64,000 bases of DNA from positions 3,350,001-3,414,000 of the forward strand of contig CM119373.1 in the NCBI GenBank assembly GCA_051294905.1. Direction: 5' to 3'. The DNA comes from Botryllus schlosseri. Lineage: Eukaryota. The notes under the pieces were generated by a model. That model searched no databases, was not told where the DNA came from, and worked only from the letters and a program-made list of their open reading frames with translations. The position numbers were made by a program, and so were the translations under genes. Below are positions 24,269 to 37,552 of the stretch, in pieces (the stretch's first letter is position 1; every line of letters begins with the position of its first letter).

Positions 24269-25422
24269 CTGAAACGCCGAAAGCGATATTCAACGTTTGT
24301 AGCTATTGTCGTGAGCAGCAAACTATATACACAATCGCCGGCAAAAAATCGTTATGTTATGGGAATTTTTGGCCATTTTAATCGATAAATTGCCTCTCTT
24401 GAGCAGACTTATACAAACTACTTGGTTTTCAAAATGCGCAACTACGACTAGAACTAGGAATACTCACCTTTTAAAACTCGTCGTTAGACCCAAAAGGAAC
24501 GTAACTAACGAACTATAACACAACTAACTAATAACTGATGATCAGAAATACTGGATTTCGAATAAGCTAAGAAATATTAGAGATAAAATCGGCATTTCAA
24601 AGGGAAGGGGTTTCGAGTTTGAACTGGGCGGGTTTCCGACCCCTAAAACCCACCCCCGTCTACTCCACTGTTAGTAGGGATGACTCTGGGCTAGCAATGG
24701 CTGCGAGAACATCGCACAACTGAACACAGGTATTACGACACACGCCAAATGACGTCACGTGTTTTAATTTGGAAAAAAATTGTGTAGCCATAGTCGTAAT
24801 TTCAATCTAATGTGGAAAATCGAAGAATTTTTTTCGTAGGCGAACAACACAAATCAGCACAACCCTTAGGTGGCAGTAGATAGCCACAATATCGATTGAT
24901 AGTTGATACACAATAGCAACAACATCAGCAGATAACATTGATTCTATTTGATTATACTCGGGACACACGGAGTGTTTGCTGAATGGTGCACTTCACGATG
25001 CGAAAATTGGTTTACGAGTAAATAGAATGGTTTTGTTAATGGCACATTATATCGGAAGTAGAATTATCAATTTCGCAAAAACTTGGAAATAGAATTTAAT
25101 TTCGTATTGGGAAGAAATACAACCAAAATCAAGATAATTTCATATCAGATGACAGTTCATTTCAGAAGCATGAGAATTGAGAATAGCAAATGCATGTACA
25201 TTGTACACTGAGTTAGGCTCGTTTCACACAATACAGTTATCCTGAATCGTGATACCAGTGTTCTGTTGTGCGATGTTCTTACTTAAGTCGTCCCTACTAA
25301 CTAGGGCGACTGTTTTTTGAAATGTCTAAATAAGTCAAAAATCTTTCAAATTTGTAGCGGTAGGTTAAAAAATTCTCTACCTAGTTTATTTTTTTGCAAC
25401 CTGCATTTCGTTTTATTGCTGC

Positions 25423-25704
25423 GTGGCCATTGGTTCTTATATTAAGAAGTACATGATGACAAATTGTAACGTAGACAACATTGTCACAATGAAGCAACAC
25501 GGTGTGTCACCAGCAGTACACGCACAACTTGAGTGTTGCCAGCCAACAACTGCTGTTGTTGAACGTTCTTTCTCCATTCTTGACAAGCTACTCAGTGAGG
25601 ACAGACACTTTCTACCCGACTATGTAGGACAGCAAATTTTGACTATTTCTACCATAATGCGTGATGTAACTACTGGAATTCTTTATAGGTCCAGATTTCG
25701 TTAA
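25423..25704 (+). pseudogene. hAT-like transposase C-terminal remnant inside a non-autonomous element (~25302-25950)
   Basis: CCQPTTAVVERSFSILDKLL motif. A second copy lies at ~30820-30930. Confidence 0.65.
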
Positions 25705-26458
25705 GATGAAGTTTTTTCATGTAAAAATTTGTCAGCTTTCAAGTCAAAAAGTTTTTTTTCAGGCCAAACTACTTCGTAAGGACAAACAGTGCCAACAAGA
25801 AATGAAGATAGGTAGAACAATTGTAACATTTTGTGGGAAAACACCTAATTTGTATACATGAGGTCAAAATTTCCTCAAAATTAGGTTTTCAAGGTAAAAC
25901 AACGATAAAATTTTGATTTTTTAGGTCTTCCGTTTTTAAGGTTTAGTTAGTAATTCTAGTTCTAATTGCGAGTTTTGAAAAGTGAGTAGTTCTAATTCTA
26001 GTCGCGTATCTTGTAAATCCAGTAGTTTGTGCTACAAGTCTTGTTACACTTCGAACAGCATGTACTGCCTGGGAAAGAACGCTGACCGAGTAACACCAGA
26101 GATTACTTTAGCAAGCCCTGTACAAAACACAGATCCCCGATCGAGAAGACCGCCAAATATTGACATGTTTACATGTGGTAAACATCACATGACGGCCCGT
26201 TCGCTTTCAATTGATAGGAGTCATTAAACAAAGAAATTATGTTTTCGCTTACAGAGTCCACAGATCAGCACAAGTTGATTCTTGCGTGACATATATGTCA
26301 GAAATACCGACTCCCTTGTGACTGTAGCATTACAGAAGAGGTTTTCACCGGTCAGCAACAAAGTAGTTGTACTTTTTCAGAATATTCAAGCAGTTCTTGC
26401 CTGCTTGCGCTATTTGCTAAAGTGCTTATATTTTTGACTACTTCCACTTCTACTTGGC

Positions 26459-26890
26459 AGCTTCTTGGCGGTCCAGAACCTCAATATACAATTGAATAGT
26501 ATTCATAATAAAATGAACTCGAATATTTCATGCAGACAGTCGTCAGGGGCAATCGTCTGCAACTAGTAGAGGATTAGGAAGAACATTGTGGTGTTTTGAA
26601 TTGATCAAAATTCTTAACAATCTGAACTGAAAAAATTAAGATCGACAATCATATCACAAAATATGACGTCACCAGCATGGAATTTCGAATAATCAGAGAG
26701 AAGAGAGAGCTTAAGCTTAACGTACCAACTAAAAATAGTACATGAAACAGAAGATCCCTCTTCGCCCCGATTATTCGAAATTTGATGCTGGTGACGTCCT
26801 ATTTTGTGATACGATTGATGATATGCAATGTTCTTTCCAAGTCTCTATTATTAGGCCTAGTTGCTGACTATTACCATTCGGGTTCTTTTT
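26459..26890 (-). mobile_element. Diverged Penelope-like derivative with inverted arms
   Basis: Similar to the reverse complement of 40943-41164, then a partial inverted arm. Ribozyme cores are degenerate. Confidence 0.75.
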
Positions 26891-27356
26891 TACATGATTA
26901 CACCAACAAAATGTAATTTAGTAGAAATTTACGGACTAATTCTACTTGAGTAGCAAAGCTGACTACTTTGACCACGTCTGGTTTTACTCAAGTAACTAGT
27001 AGATAACGGTAGATATCTACTTCTACTTGAGCATGGCGTCTGCGCGTTGCACATTCTCGTTCCAGAGTAGATGTAACATGCGATATCTAATATAGGTGCA
27101 TCATTTTCAGGTCGCGTTTACCCGTTTTTAAACACTTGCAATTTGACTTTGCGGAATTGTCATTAACGATTTTGTTTGAGACACGTAATGCGCAGAATTG
27201 ATGAATACGGTACATACATAAAAACATTTGCTGAAAGTATATTTGCCCTTGCACTAATCGACAGTAAAAGCTGGCATAGCAAACAAAGTGTTTACTTTCA
27301 TTATGCGGCAAAAGTCGTGTAGTACTGGTATCTGTTTAAGTAAATAAAGTCAATAC

Positions 27357-27448
27357 CTGATTCAGGGTTGTTTTTGGTGACTTCTAAAAGCTGCTGGCAC
27401 GCAGTGGACACTGTCATGAATCTCGGCGGCTCGTAGATTTTACGCCCT
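27357..27448 (-). CDS. DPH5: Diphthine methyl ester synthase, coding exon 5 (not in the ORF track)
   Basis: tttcAG|A GGG CGT AAA.. encodes GRKIYEPPRFMTVSTACQQLLEVTKNNPES, then G|GTATTG donor. Phases match both neighbours. Confidence 0.93.
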
Positions 27449-27622
27449 CTGAAAACCACACAAGTTCAACTTAAACGAATACTTTTTGGCAAAATCGAGT
27501 ACGAGTGATTTGATTCAGAATTGGGTACTGGGCTTCGAGTCAAATCTATCACAGTATCACTCAGTATGACGTTTTACCACTATAATGATACTACACTACA
27601 CTACAATGCTAGTTCTACAACA

Positions 27623-28191
27623 CAGGGTTGTAACCAAGTCACAAGTCAATCTCACTTTTATAGTTTTGACTCGAGTCAAGTCGAGTCATTTCAATTCACC
27701 GCCGAGTCAAGTCCGAGTCAAGTCCGAGTCCAAGTCCGCGAGCAGAGGGTCGAGTCCGAGTCATGGAATAATGACTCGAGTCCGAGTCCAAGTCATTGTG
27801 TAGACTGCTCAGTTTCCAGTTAAAGTCTTGGTAAACCCACTTTTTATAACTCTGTTTGATGATATCGAATGTTTCGCATTTATAATATACCAATTTTCCT
27901 CACTTTTAGCAGTTTCTGGTCTCATTTTCAAGTACCAGTACCAACAGACGAAATCCCAATAGTGTGTTGGCTTCGGAATTACAATGAAATGTCGGTCTTG
28001 GCAGTCTGAGTCTCGAGTCAATGACTTGGTTCGAGTCATGCGCAATGACTCGTGTCCAAGTCGAGTCAATAAACAGACTGACTCGAGTCGAGTCGAGTCG
28101 AGTCATTTCCGTATTTTGAAAAATTGACTCGAGTCAAGTCGAGTCATCAGAAAATCGTGACTCGAGTCGGACTCGAGTCATTACAACCCTG
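27623..28191. mobile_element. Intact hAT-type MITE (GACTCGAGTC-repeat family)
   Basis: TIR CAGGGTTGTAA / TTACAACCCTG. TSD CTACAACA on both sides. Further copies at ~28720-29097, 31830-32800, 34700-35101, 35830-36277 and 37700-37900. Confidence 0.9.
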
Positions 28192-30477
28192 CTACAACAC
28201 GCCTAGCTTTGTAATGCATTCGGGGTTTCAATGCTAGTATTGAAACTAGAAGTTCCATTGACAAATTAACCCTAAGCAGCAAGAAGCGTATAATTTCAGT
28301 ACTCGATATAATCACCTCTCACCTGTCGTTCAAATGTTCAGAGTTAATACTCGACACAAATCCGAGTACTCGAATCACAGGCTCAGCCCTAGCAACAGTG
28401 CTATGACTGAGTTCAATTTGGGAGTAGAAGTAACATGCTCATGACACCGTAACAAGATAATATCTACTCTAGTAAGACGCAAGCATGGCTTTTGACTACC
28501 GTAGTAAAACACCTAATTGATGATCTTGGGCTGGTTAGGAACTAGAATCTTTGCCATGCCAGAATTAGCAATAGAATTTCCAATCGTTCCCAGCTTTTAC
28601 CACAGATTCTGACAAATTTGAGGCACCGACTGATATTGGTATCCTGTAGATTTGGTCGGGTACTGCAAAATAAATTGAATGTAGCATTTGGATATTATGA
28701 AATACTCTTATATTCTAGGCAGAGTTTTTTGATGACTTGACTTGACTCGATTTGCACTGGAGTCACTGTGCACGACTCGAACCAAGTCGTATGACTCGAG
28801 ACTAAGACAGACATTTAGATTACTTCGAAGAATAGTAAAGTCACCACATTATTGGTATTTCGTCTATCAGTCCTGATACTTGGGAAATGGTGCCTGAAAC
28901 TGTTAAGACTGAGGAAAACTACGATATTATGAATGCGAGCCATTCTATATCAGTCGAGCAGAGTGACTCGAACCTCTACTCACTGACTCGGAGCTGACTC
29001 GGTGGTGAATTGAAAATGACTCGACCTGACCCGAGTCAAAACTATAAAAGTGGGATTGACTCGTGACTCGGAACCTTGTGACTTGGTTAGAACCCTGATT
29101 CTAGGGTGACGTGGAAATATGAAAATCTAGTCTTATCCACATTGCATCATGATTGACCAATTTTTCTTATCTGAATTTAGACATACAATTTCTAATAATT
29201 TTGAAATTCCATGCAACTCGTGAAAGAATTGTTATTTCCATGACGAGCTTGAATTTGGCATGTTACAAATTGAATTCAGGATTAGCACTGATTTGAACTT
29301 AAAATTGTAACAGGACTTAATAAATCTGAAGTAAAAGTACTTATTTACTGACCAATTCTTATCACAAATTCAGTACATTTCCCACAAAAAATACTAACAG
29401 CAGTTCAACGTGCTTGCGCGGAAAGTGATTAGGATACAGTTACCACAGGCTGGTCGTTTTCAAATTTCCAAATCAACATAACGGTATGACTTTCGTTGAG
29501 TTCAATGCTAGTTCACTGCTATGAGTTAAATAACCGAGCTGTAAGCAATTTTTCAAGCTTTGTTGCGCTCTGACCATGCAGGTTCATTGGTAAATTCCCG
29601 AGGCAGCTAATTTACAAATAGTTACATCATCATTTTGTAATACCAGAGGTCTTGTGAAGATGTTGATGACAAACTGAGCTGACCTAGCTGTGTATTGCAT
29701 ACTATCACGGAATGATGTCCGTGCTGGCAACTAGACATGAAGCCAGATGTGCACAAAGTAATCACAGTTGCTACTTGAGGAGAAGGGTTCCATGAAAACC
29801 CTACTTGAGAGCAAGCATAAATAGTGATTACTTAGCTCACAAGCCATTTGAAAACTTGAAATAGTTCCTCAGTGTTACAAGTCCCAGATTCGAATATTTT
29901 GCCAAATGTGCTTTGTCTCTGTAATTGGTCACGAATAATGCTACTACCAGACACAGTGCTGCTATGATAACAGTTATATTTCTACAAGAAAACATAATTG
30001 TGACAACATTACTATTTTATGATCCATCTACAAGAGAGTTCATCTGTAAAATTTGTCAATTTGAATTGGAAACTTTGAAGTCAAAGCACCATTTTAAGTG
30101 GACATCAGGACATCTGTTCTTTTATTGTAGGCCGATCTTGCACTATGATTTATTGACTTCGCCACATCGTTTCGTCTCCTTCCCATCTGCCCATTATATT
30201 AGAATTCTTATGGTGTTTAGAGTTGACAAAAATGTTGATAAAATGATACTTCTACTGAACGTAAATCCAAATTCAAGTAGATTTACTCTCATAATGACCA
30301 ACTCTGAGCAGAATCATACACTATCCAGTACTCAAGCAGTTACAAAGACCTTGTGGGTGTAACCTGTTTGGCTCAAATTCAAAGGTGGTGAGTAGCAAAG
30401 TACTTCTAGCATTTCAGTGTGTTCAAGTAGGTTGCGATTTTGGACTACTAATTCTACTTCTACATAACAGTTATCAA

Positions 30478-31230
30478 TGGGGCGATTTTTTTTTGTTGAC
30501 ATTTTTAAAAAAAGTCAAAATTAGGTAAAAATTGTAGCGTTAGGTCAAAAAATGTTAAAATTGTTTACAAAGTTACTTCTTTGCGACCTGCATTTCGCTT
30601 GTATCGTAGATTTTGCATTGTCGGTGAACTTTATCATTTGATATTTTACAGCTTTGTAGCCTACTTTATATGCCTACCGGTCCATTTTTGGCTCATTGTG
30701 AATCATAAGTAAACATTCAAATGCAACAAATAGGTTGACATGGTGTTATGCTCAACGTACCGCAATATCCCTACTGAACCATTGCATTGTTCTTATATCA
30801 AGAAGTGCATGCTTGCTGCAGTGTACGCATAACTTGAGTGTTGTCGGCCAACAACTGCTGCTGTTGAACGTTCTTTCTCCATTCGTGGCAAGCTACTTGA
30901 CACTTTCTACCTGATGCATGCACTACAAAATTTTTCTACCATAATGCATGATGCAACATACTGGAATTCTTCATAGGGCCAGATTTCGTTAAAATGAAAT
31001 TTGTTCATGTAAAAATTTGTCGGTTTTTGAGGCAAAAAAGTATTTTTTCAGGCCAGACTACTTTGTAAGGACAGACAGTTCCAACCAGAAATGAAGATAA
31101 GCAGTACAATTCTAACATTATGGCGGAAAACATCTAATTTGCATACGTTACGTCAAATTTGGTCGAAGTTAAGATTTTTAAGGTAAAAAATGTCAAAATT
31201 TTGATTTCATATGGACAAAAAATAACCCTA
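30478..31230 (+). mobile_element. Non-autonomous hAT-like element with ERSFS transposase remnant
   Basis: TSD GTTATCAA/GTTATCAG. Ends ...ATAACCCTA. Homologous to ~25302-25950. Confidence 0.7.
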
Positions 31231-32100
31231 GTTATCAGTCTTTTAGGAAAAACTAGGGCTAGCATATTTACTTTTTATCATTTGGAAATGCTAGTTGCAC
31301 TTGAGCACCAAATATGACTAGTTTGACGGCCGGTGTTGAAATTCCCACTATGCAATTTCAATGCTTGCTATCTCCACCACAATGCATGTTACTGTGGTTA
31401 GCACTGGATGATATCTCGGCGGGGAATTGGTTAACCAAAACTAGCATCCTCATCCCCACAGAACATGATAATAAAGTCACACTGAGATAAAACTGCTGTG
31501 CTGGTTACTGAATCAATCTCGCAAGATATGCTTATTCTGTCTTATGGCAATAATCAGCCTTGGTCAGCATGTATAGTTAATCTTGCTAACGAGGGGGAGA
31601 AGTTAATAACAAACCATGTTAACTCCAGCCGTGTAGACGGGATGTGTAGGCCTATTATATGCAGATATGGTTGAAGTAGTCAGGATTGGTGATCAAGTAG
31701 AAGTAGGTGTAGCGTTTCCAGAACATGACAAAATTACTTTGAGTGGGAGTAGTAAATGAGATTCCAAAAGTACCCAAGTAACCAATTTCAAAAAGTAGAT
31801 TTGATTGAGGGGTCGCGTACTTTCAAAATTGCAAGATGACTCGAGTCCGACTCGAGCCACGTTTTCTTTTTGACTCGACTGGACTCGAGTCATTTTTTCA
31901 AATGCGTAAAATGACTCATTGTGCATGACTCGAGACTAGGACGATCAATACTTACATTTCATTGTAACGTCGAATAATAGTATTTAAAGTAACCAACTGT
32001 TGGTATTTCGTCTATCAGTTCTGATACTTGGAAAATAGGGTCAGAAACTGTTAGGAATGAGGAAAATTATGATATTATGAATGTGAGCCTTTCTATATCA

Positions 32101-32602
32101 TTGAATACTATATTCATATTGAAATGACCCCGAATATTTTCGGCTGACACTCGTCAGGGGTAATCGTCAGCAACTAGTAGAGAATTCAAAAGAACATCGT
32201 ATATCAACAATCGTAGCACGAAATATGACGTCACCAGCACAAAATGTCGAATGCAAGAGCGTTCAATGTACTATTATTAGATGGTGCACAAACTCTTTTT
32301 GTTGACACAGCCTTGGCCGGTGTATTTTGATAAAAGTCGACTCCAAGGCACATAAATGAAAGTGTGAACGACCATTTCCGAGTACGGTATGCGAAATCTG
32401 TCATCTCGACAATCCAGCCTGTGCGCAAAAATTCGACATTTCATGCTGGTGACGTCATATTTCGTGCTACGATTGTTGATATACGATGTTCATTTGAATT
32501 CTCACCCCTGACGAGTGTCAGTCGAAAATATTCGGGTTCATTTCAATATGAATATACTATTCAATTGTATATTGAAGTTCTGTACCTCCAAGAAGCTGTT
32601 CA
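32101..32602. mobile_element. Penelope-like derivative with inverted arms and two intact hammerhead cores
   Basis: Direct repeat TTCTATATCA at 32091-32100 and 32603-32612. Minus-strand GIY-YIG C-terminal remnant (GRSHFHLCALESTFIKIHRPRLCQQKEFVHHL). Cores at 32128-32161 (-) and 32504-32537 (+). Confidence 0.85.
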
Positions 32603-32928
32603 TTCTATATCACACAAGCAGAGGTAAAAGTGGATTGAATCGGTTCGGGCTCAAAACTTGACAGTGAACACAATGACTCGGACTCGAGCCACAACACCAT
32701 GACTCGGACTTGACTCGATGGTGAATTGAAAATGACACGGCTTGACTCGAGTCGATACCATAAGAGTGAGATTGACTTGTGACTCGGTCACAACACTGGG
32801 GCTATTTCACGCGTTTCGTAGGCATATTTCATTCATAAAAGCAATGGAAACTTATCCAAAAACTGCTTTCTACTTTTGAAATCCGAATCCACACAAAAGT
32901 CGGTACTCCGTTACAAACCACCTCTGAC

Positions 32929-33170
32929 CAGAGATGCTCGGATTCCAAAATTTCGGGATCCGAATCTATCCGGCTCCGGCTGAAAATTAAAATTCAGAGT
33001 CCGAAAAAATCCGGCCAAAATCCGGCAAATTTTTCATATGTCAACAGAAAAATCCGGCTAAAATCCGAACGCAAACGCAAATTAAAAATCCGGATCCAGT
33101 CCGGCTACGTTGAAATTTGATGAAATCCTGCTCCGACTCCGGCTCATGAACCGGACTGTGGCCATCTCTG
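32929..33170. mobile_element. hAT-type MITE with ATCCGG repeats
   Basis: TIR CAGAGATG / CATCTCTG. TSD CCTCTGAC on both sides. Confidence 0.85.
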
Positions 33171-33295
33171 CCTCTGACTAGAATATTGCAGAAGAGTATG
33201 GAGTCATTCTGATTTCAGCAAGTTGACCCGTTATATTTTCACAAATTACGTGGCAAATCGGAGATCAAAACGCATACAAACTGCATCCTTCCCAC

Positions 33296-33456
33296 CTCAT
33301 CATGTTTTCCACGGTCTGCTCCTTCATCTTGATATCGAGCAGACACAAAGTGTGCAGGCCGCGCTTCAAATTCGAATTGATCTTCTCGCAGAAGCTATCG
33401 GGTCGCCAAGAGTCTGTCCAGAACACGATCGAGACCGTCTCACCGAAATTGTAAAG
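33296..33456 (-). CDS. DPH5: Diphthine methyl ester synthase, coding exon 4
   Basis: [53 protein letters not shown], bounded by gcAG and GTGGG. Confidence 0.95.
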
Positions 33457-33692
33457 CTGCAAAGAAATGCTCGCATTTCAAACGGAACACTAGGTACCGA
33501 TGACACTCCAGTGAAAGCACCGCAGTGATTTTTTTCGAGTACTGAAATTACACGATCCTTGTCGATAAGAGTTAATTTATCGACGAGATACATAGTTTTG
33601 ATACTATTTTCCACTGTGGAAGTCTGAAAACCTCGATTGGTTGTATCGCAGCGTACGAAACATGTAGACGGACAAATATTTTGATTCCGTAC

Positions 33693-33801
33693 TTGCAAAC
33701 CACAGCACCCGACGGCATTCATGATTGACGCGTTGTGCACCACCTTCCAAGGTATGTTCTTCTCTTTCGCTCTTAGCACCAGGTCGCTGTGTGTTGTAGC
33801 A
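33693..33801 (-). CDS. DPH5: Diphthine methyl ester synthase, coding exon 3
   Basis: [36 protein letters not shown], bounded by ttttcAG and GTACG. Confidence 0.95.
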
Positions 33802-33824
33802 CTGAAAATACATATTAATATATT

Positions 33825-34050
33825 AAGAGCTTCTTGGAGGTACAGAACTTCAATATTCAATTGAACAATGGTAGTATATTCATATTGAAATGAACCCGAA
33901 TATTTCTGACTGAGACTCGTCAGAGGCAATCGTCAGCAACTAGTAGAGAATTGGAAAAAAACATCGCATATCAACAATCGTATCACAAAATATGACGTCA
34001 CCAGCATGAAATGAGATCTCAAATAGGAGAGCGTTCAATGTACTATTTTA
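33825..34050 (-). mobile_element. Solo Penelope-like pLTR next to the DPH5 exon 3 acceptor
   Basis: Reverse complement of 40950-41164 including the tail. Core variant CTGACGAGTCTCAGTCAGAAATATTC. Confidence 0.8.
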
Positions 34051-36464
34051 AGAATTTTTTAGAATATTTTTAGAATTGAAATAAGGGCGTAAAATCATTT
34101 CGCAAATTAGATTCGAATTAGAATGAGACCATAGAAGCAACTCGCAAATTAGATTACATTTAGTTAAGCGGCATTTGTCCAATTACAGAACTCGTTGTCC
34201 ACTATCACTACTATCTCATCCATTGGTGTTGTATGGCAAAATATATTTAGTGTTCCATTCATGAGAGTAACATAATCGTCATAGTTGTTTTGACGCCAGC
34301 CAGCAGCTCTGACGCATTTTAAAATGTCTCTAATTAATAATGCATCTTGGAAGGTATTCTGTACCTAATAGGGGTGTTATTATTGCGTGTATTATGACAA
34401 CATGACTGAACTACAAAGCAAACGCGGACAAATAATGCATGAACACAGCAGAAACCTGAACCTTACCTGTCAGTGTGACCATATTGACGTGAATTTAAGT
34501 GTACTATCTTAAAAGTCACTTGCGTGGGACATGATGATTTTATGATGAGATGGAACCATTCTCAATATCCGAATACTGTAAGCGGACATGCTAACCTTTT
34601 TGAATTATTCAGAGATTTTAGCAAAGGCCATCAGTTTATCCACATGCGGAGCGAAAAATTAATTTTTTTCGACGACTTCATTCGAGTTAATTACTTAAAA
34701 ATATGAAATGACTCGACTCAACTTGAGTCAATTCGTGTATTGACTCGACTTGTGCTCGAGTCATTGCGCATGACTCAATCAAGTGATATGACTCAAGATA
34801 TTCTATATTATTTGATTCAAGTCTCGTGTAGAAACCCAATTTTATCTTTTTGAACAAAACAAACGCGTCAAGAGTGAAAAGAACCTTACTTGAACTCGGT
34901 AATGAACAGTGGACTCTGTAACTTGGACTCAGACTCAAGTCTTAACACGATGACTCGGACTCAGCCCATTGTTCCTGGAATTTAATTCGAATTTGACTCG
35001 GTGTTGGAGTGAAAATGACTCGAATTGACTGGAGTCAAAACTTCAAAAGTAAAATTGATTCGTGACTCGGCTCTGGACCTTGTGACTTGGTTACAACTCT
35101 GCAAGAATGTCACCACAGTCATGTGACTAGCAATACATGTATGTTGAGGTTTGGGAAATTCAATTCACACCGACCCCACCCCTGAAGATTATTCAAATTC
35201 ATCCCCCAAACCCACATAATTATACAGTGTCTTACATGCAATTTCTCCTGCAACTTTCCTTTATAATTAAGAGTTAAAGAATAATCGTAATGGAGTGACT
35301 GGGGCAGATTTGATTGAAATATATTCATAACAGCCTTGTCAATTTCATTTCTATCTACCTCAGCAAAATCTGGCTTGACACACCAATACCCATGAAGCAG
35401 TCATCAATTAAATTTGAAGTACAAAAATCAGATATTGACAGAAATATCAGTAAAATGATTGATTCGATCAGCGCCAAAACCAGCATTAGGTCCCTCAGGA
35501 GACACATAGCATATCAATCCTAGATATCGGCATATGTTACTTCATTAAAAGGTCCACTGGAATTGAATGGTTTCCAATTGATACCGAGATTATTGACAGT
35601 TCCATTGCTAGAAATAATTTGAACCGCTCTCTGAAATCAAACCCATGTTTTTCTGTTCATGGTATTGCGATCATGCGATATTGACAATAAATGATGATGA
35701 TGATTAGTTCCAGACCAATATATCGGGTTGATATCTGCCTCTGTAGGCTTTTGAAAGTACAGAACTGCTATTGATAAGAGTAATTTATTATCTGTCTCTA
35801 AAAAAATATTGGTACTAAGGAATTACAGCCAGGGTTGTAAACAAGTCATTCCGAGTCAAAAGCCAATCGTACTTTCATAGTTTTGACTCGAGTCATTTTC
35901 AATCACCACAGAGTCAAGTTCGAATCGGGAATCATAGGGTTGAGTCCACTCTATTGTGTTCACTGTTCAATTTTGAGTCAAGCCCACTTTTTTGCAACTC
36001 ACCTTGAGTGCTATCTAATGCCTTGCATTTATAATATAAAAATTTTCCCCACCTTACCATGCTTCTAGCCCTATTCTTCAAGTACCAGTAATGATAGACG
36101 AAATACGGTACCAATAATGTGTAAACTATACTACTCTTTGGATTAACAATGAAATGCATGTCTTGGCCGTCCTAGTCTCGAGTCATGCACAAATTGACTC
36201 AAGTCGAGTCATGTACTGTATTGAAGAAAATGGAGTAGAGTCACCGAAAAATCATGACTCGAGTCACTACAACCCTGATCTCAGTCGATAAATGAAAACA
36301 CTTTGGTATTGTACGATTGAGGACCATACGAGTTCACCTCTTGGTGAAACTACTGTTTCCATACATATAGAAATTGAGCTACAATATAAAGGTCACGTCG
36401 AGTAAGTGCGACAGTGAAGATATCGCGCCATTAATTTCGCAATGGACTAAGAAATGGTGCGCAG

Positions 36465-37131
36465 TAGGGCTCTTCAACAATGACTTTTTTTTCTCAAATC
36501 GTACTGGCTACTTGATAGCATTGTCAGGTTACCTAATTCAAGCCTACACACACAATTTGGTTCAATTCAAGCCAGTAACCGCTTTGCTACAGGAGAAGAA
36601 GGTTTCTATTTATTATATAAAAATAAATAATAAAAAATTTGAAAATTCTCTGTTCACCCCATGAGAGTGTTAGGCTGTCTATAGAAACGATGCTCACCAA
36701 ATTTGGTTCAATTCCAACCAGTGGAAGCGGAGTTATTGCCGTCGAAAAATTTGGATTTGAATAAAATAGTATTTACGGTGACCGATTCTTTGTAAAGGAC
36801 GTTATTATAGTTGTGCTCACCGTAAATACTATTTTATTCAAATCAAAATTCTTCGACGGCAATAACTCCGCTTCCACTGGTTGGAATTGAACCAAATTTG
36901 GTGAACATCGTTTCTATAGACAGCCTAACACTCTCATGGGGTGAACAGAAAATTTTCAATTTTTTATTATTTACTTTTACATAATAAATAGAAACTTTCT
37001 TCTCCTGTACCAAGGCGGTTACTGGCTTGAATTGAACCAAATTTTGTGTGTAGGCTCAAATTAGGTAACCTAACAATTTTATCAACTAGTCAATACGATT
37101 TGAGAACAAAAGTCATACTTGAAGAGCCCTA
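36465..37131. mobile_element. Palindromic hAT-type MITE (TAGGGCT family)
   Basis: TAGGGCTCTTCAA / TTGAAGAGCCCTA. Arms of ~320 bp. TSD GTGCGCAG on both sides. Confidence 0.9.
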
Positions 37132-37427
37132 GTGCGCAGCCGCGGCAGCTGGAGCGGAAAGGTTCTATGTAAATTTCATTTAATTGCAGCTCCATTACGG
37201 TGGCTTTCTGGAGAAAATGGCTGCGGCCAAAAAAAAATTTTCAATCTGCGCTTCAATTTGAGACCGCATCATTTTTAGAGCGCAGTGCCCCTGTAACTCT
37301 TGATGGAGAGGAGTGGATAATTTCAGCACTGGAAAAAATTATATCCCACTAATTCACTCGAACCATTAGTATCAATATTCTATTCAGATTCAAGTACACT
37401 TGTGCCTACTACGTTGTGCCTACTCAC

Positions 37428-37552
37428 CCAAAGGGATCCCCAACTACGAGAAAAACTACATCCTCCTGGGCTGCATTTTCTAGTATTTCATCCGAGCCTT
37501 GCTCCACTGTATCTCTGTCAGCTAGGATCACCGATCTTCCGTAGAACCTTTC
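37428..37552 (-). CDS. DPH5: Diphthine methyl ester synthase, coding exon 2
   Basis: [41 protein letters not shown](G), bounded by ttaAG and GTGAG. Confidence 0.95.

Noticed and set aside
27521..28106. Ser/Thr/Arg-rich short ORFs
   Set aside because: They are translations of the GACTCGAGTC repeats of a MITE.
33366..33929. 187-aa ORF as a standalone gene
   Set aside because: It is a chimera of PLE pLTR sequence, DPH5 exon 3 and intron read-through.
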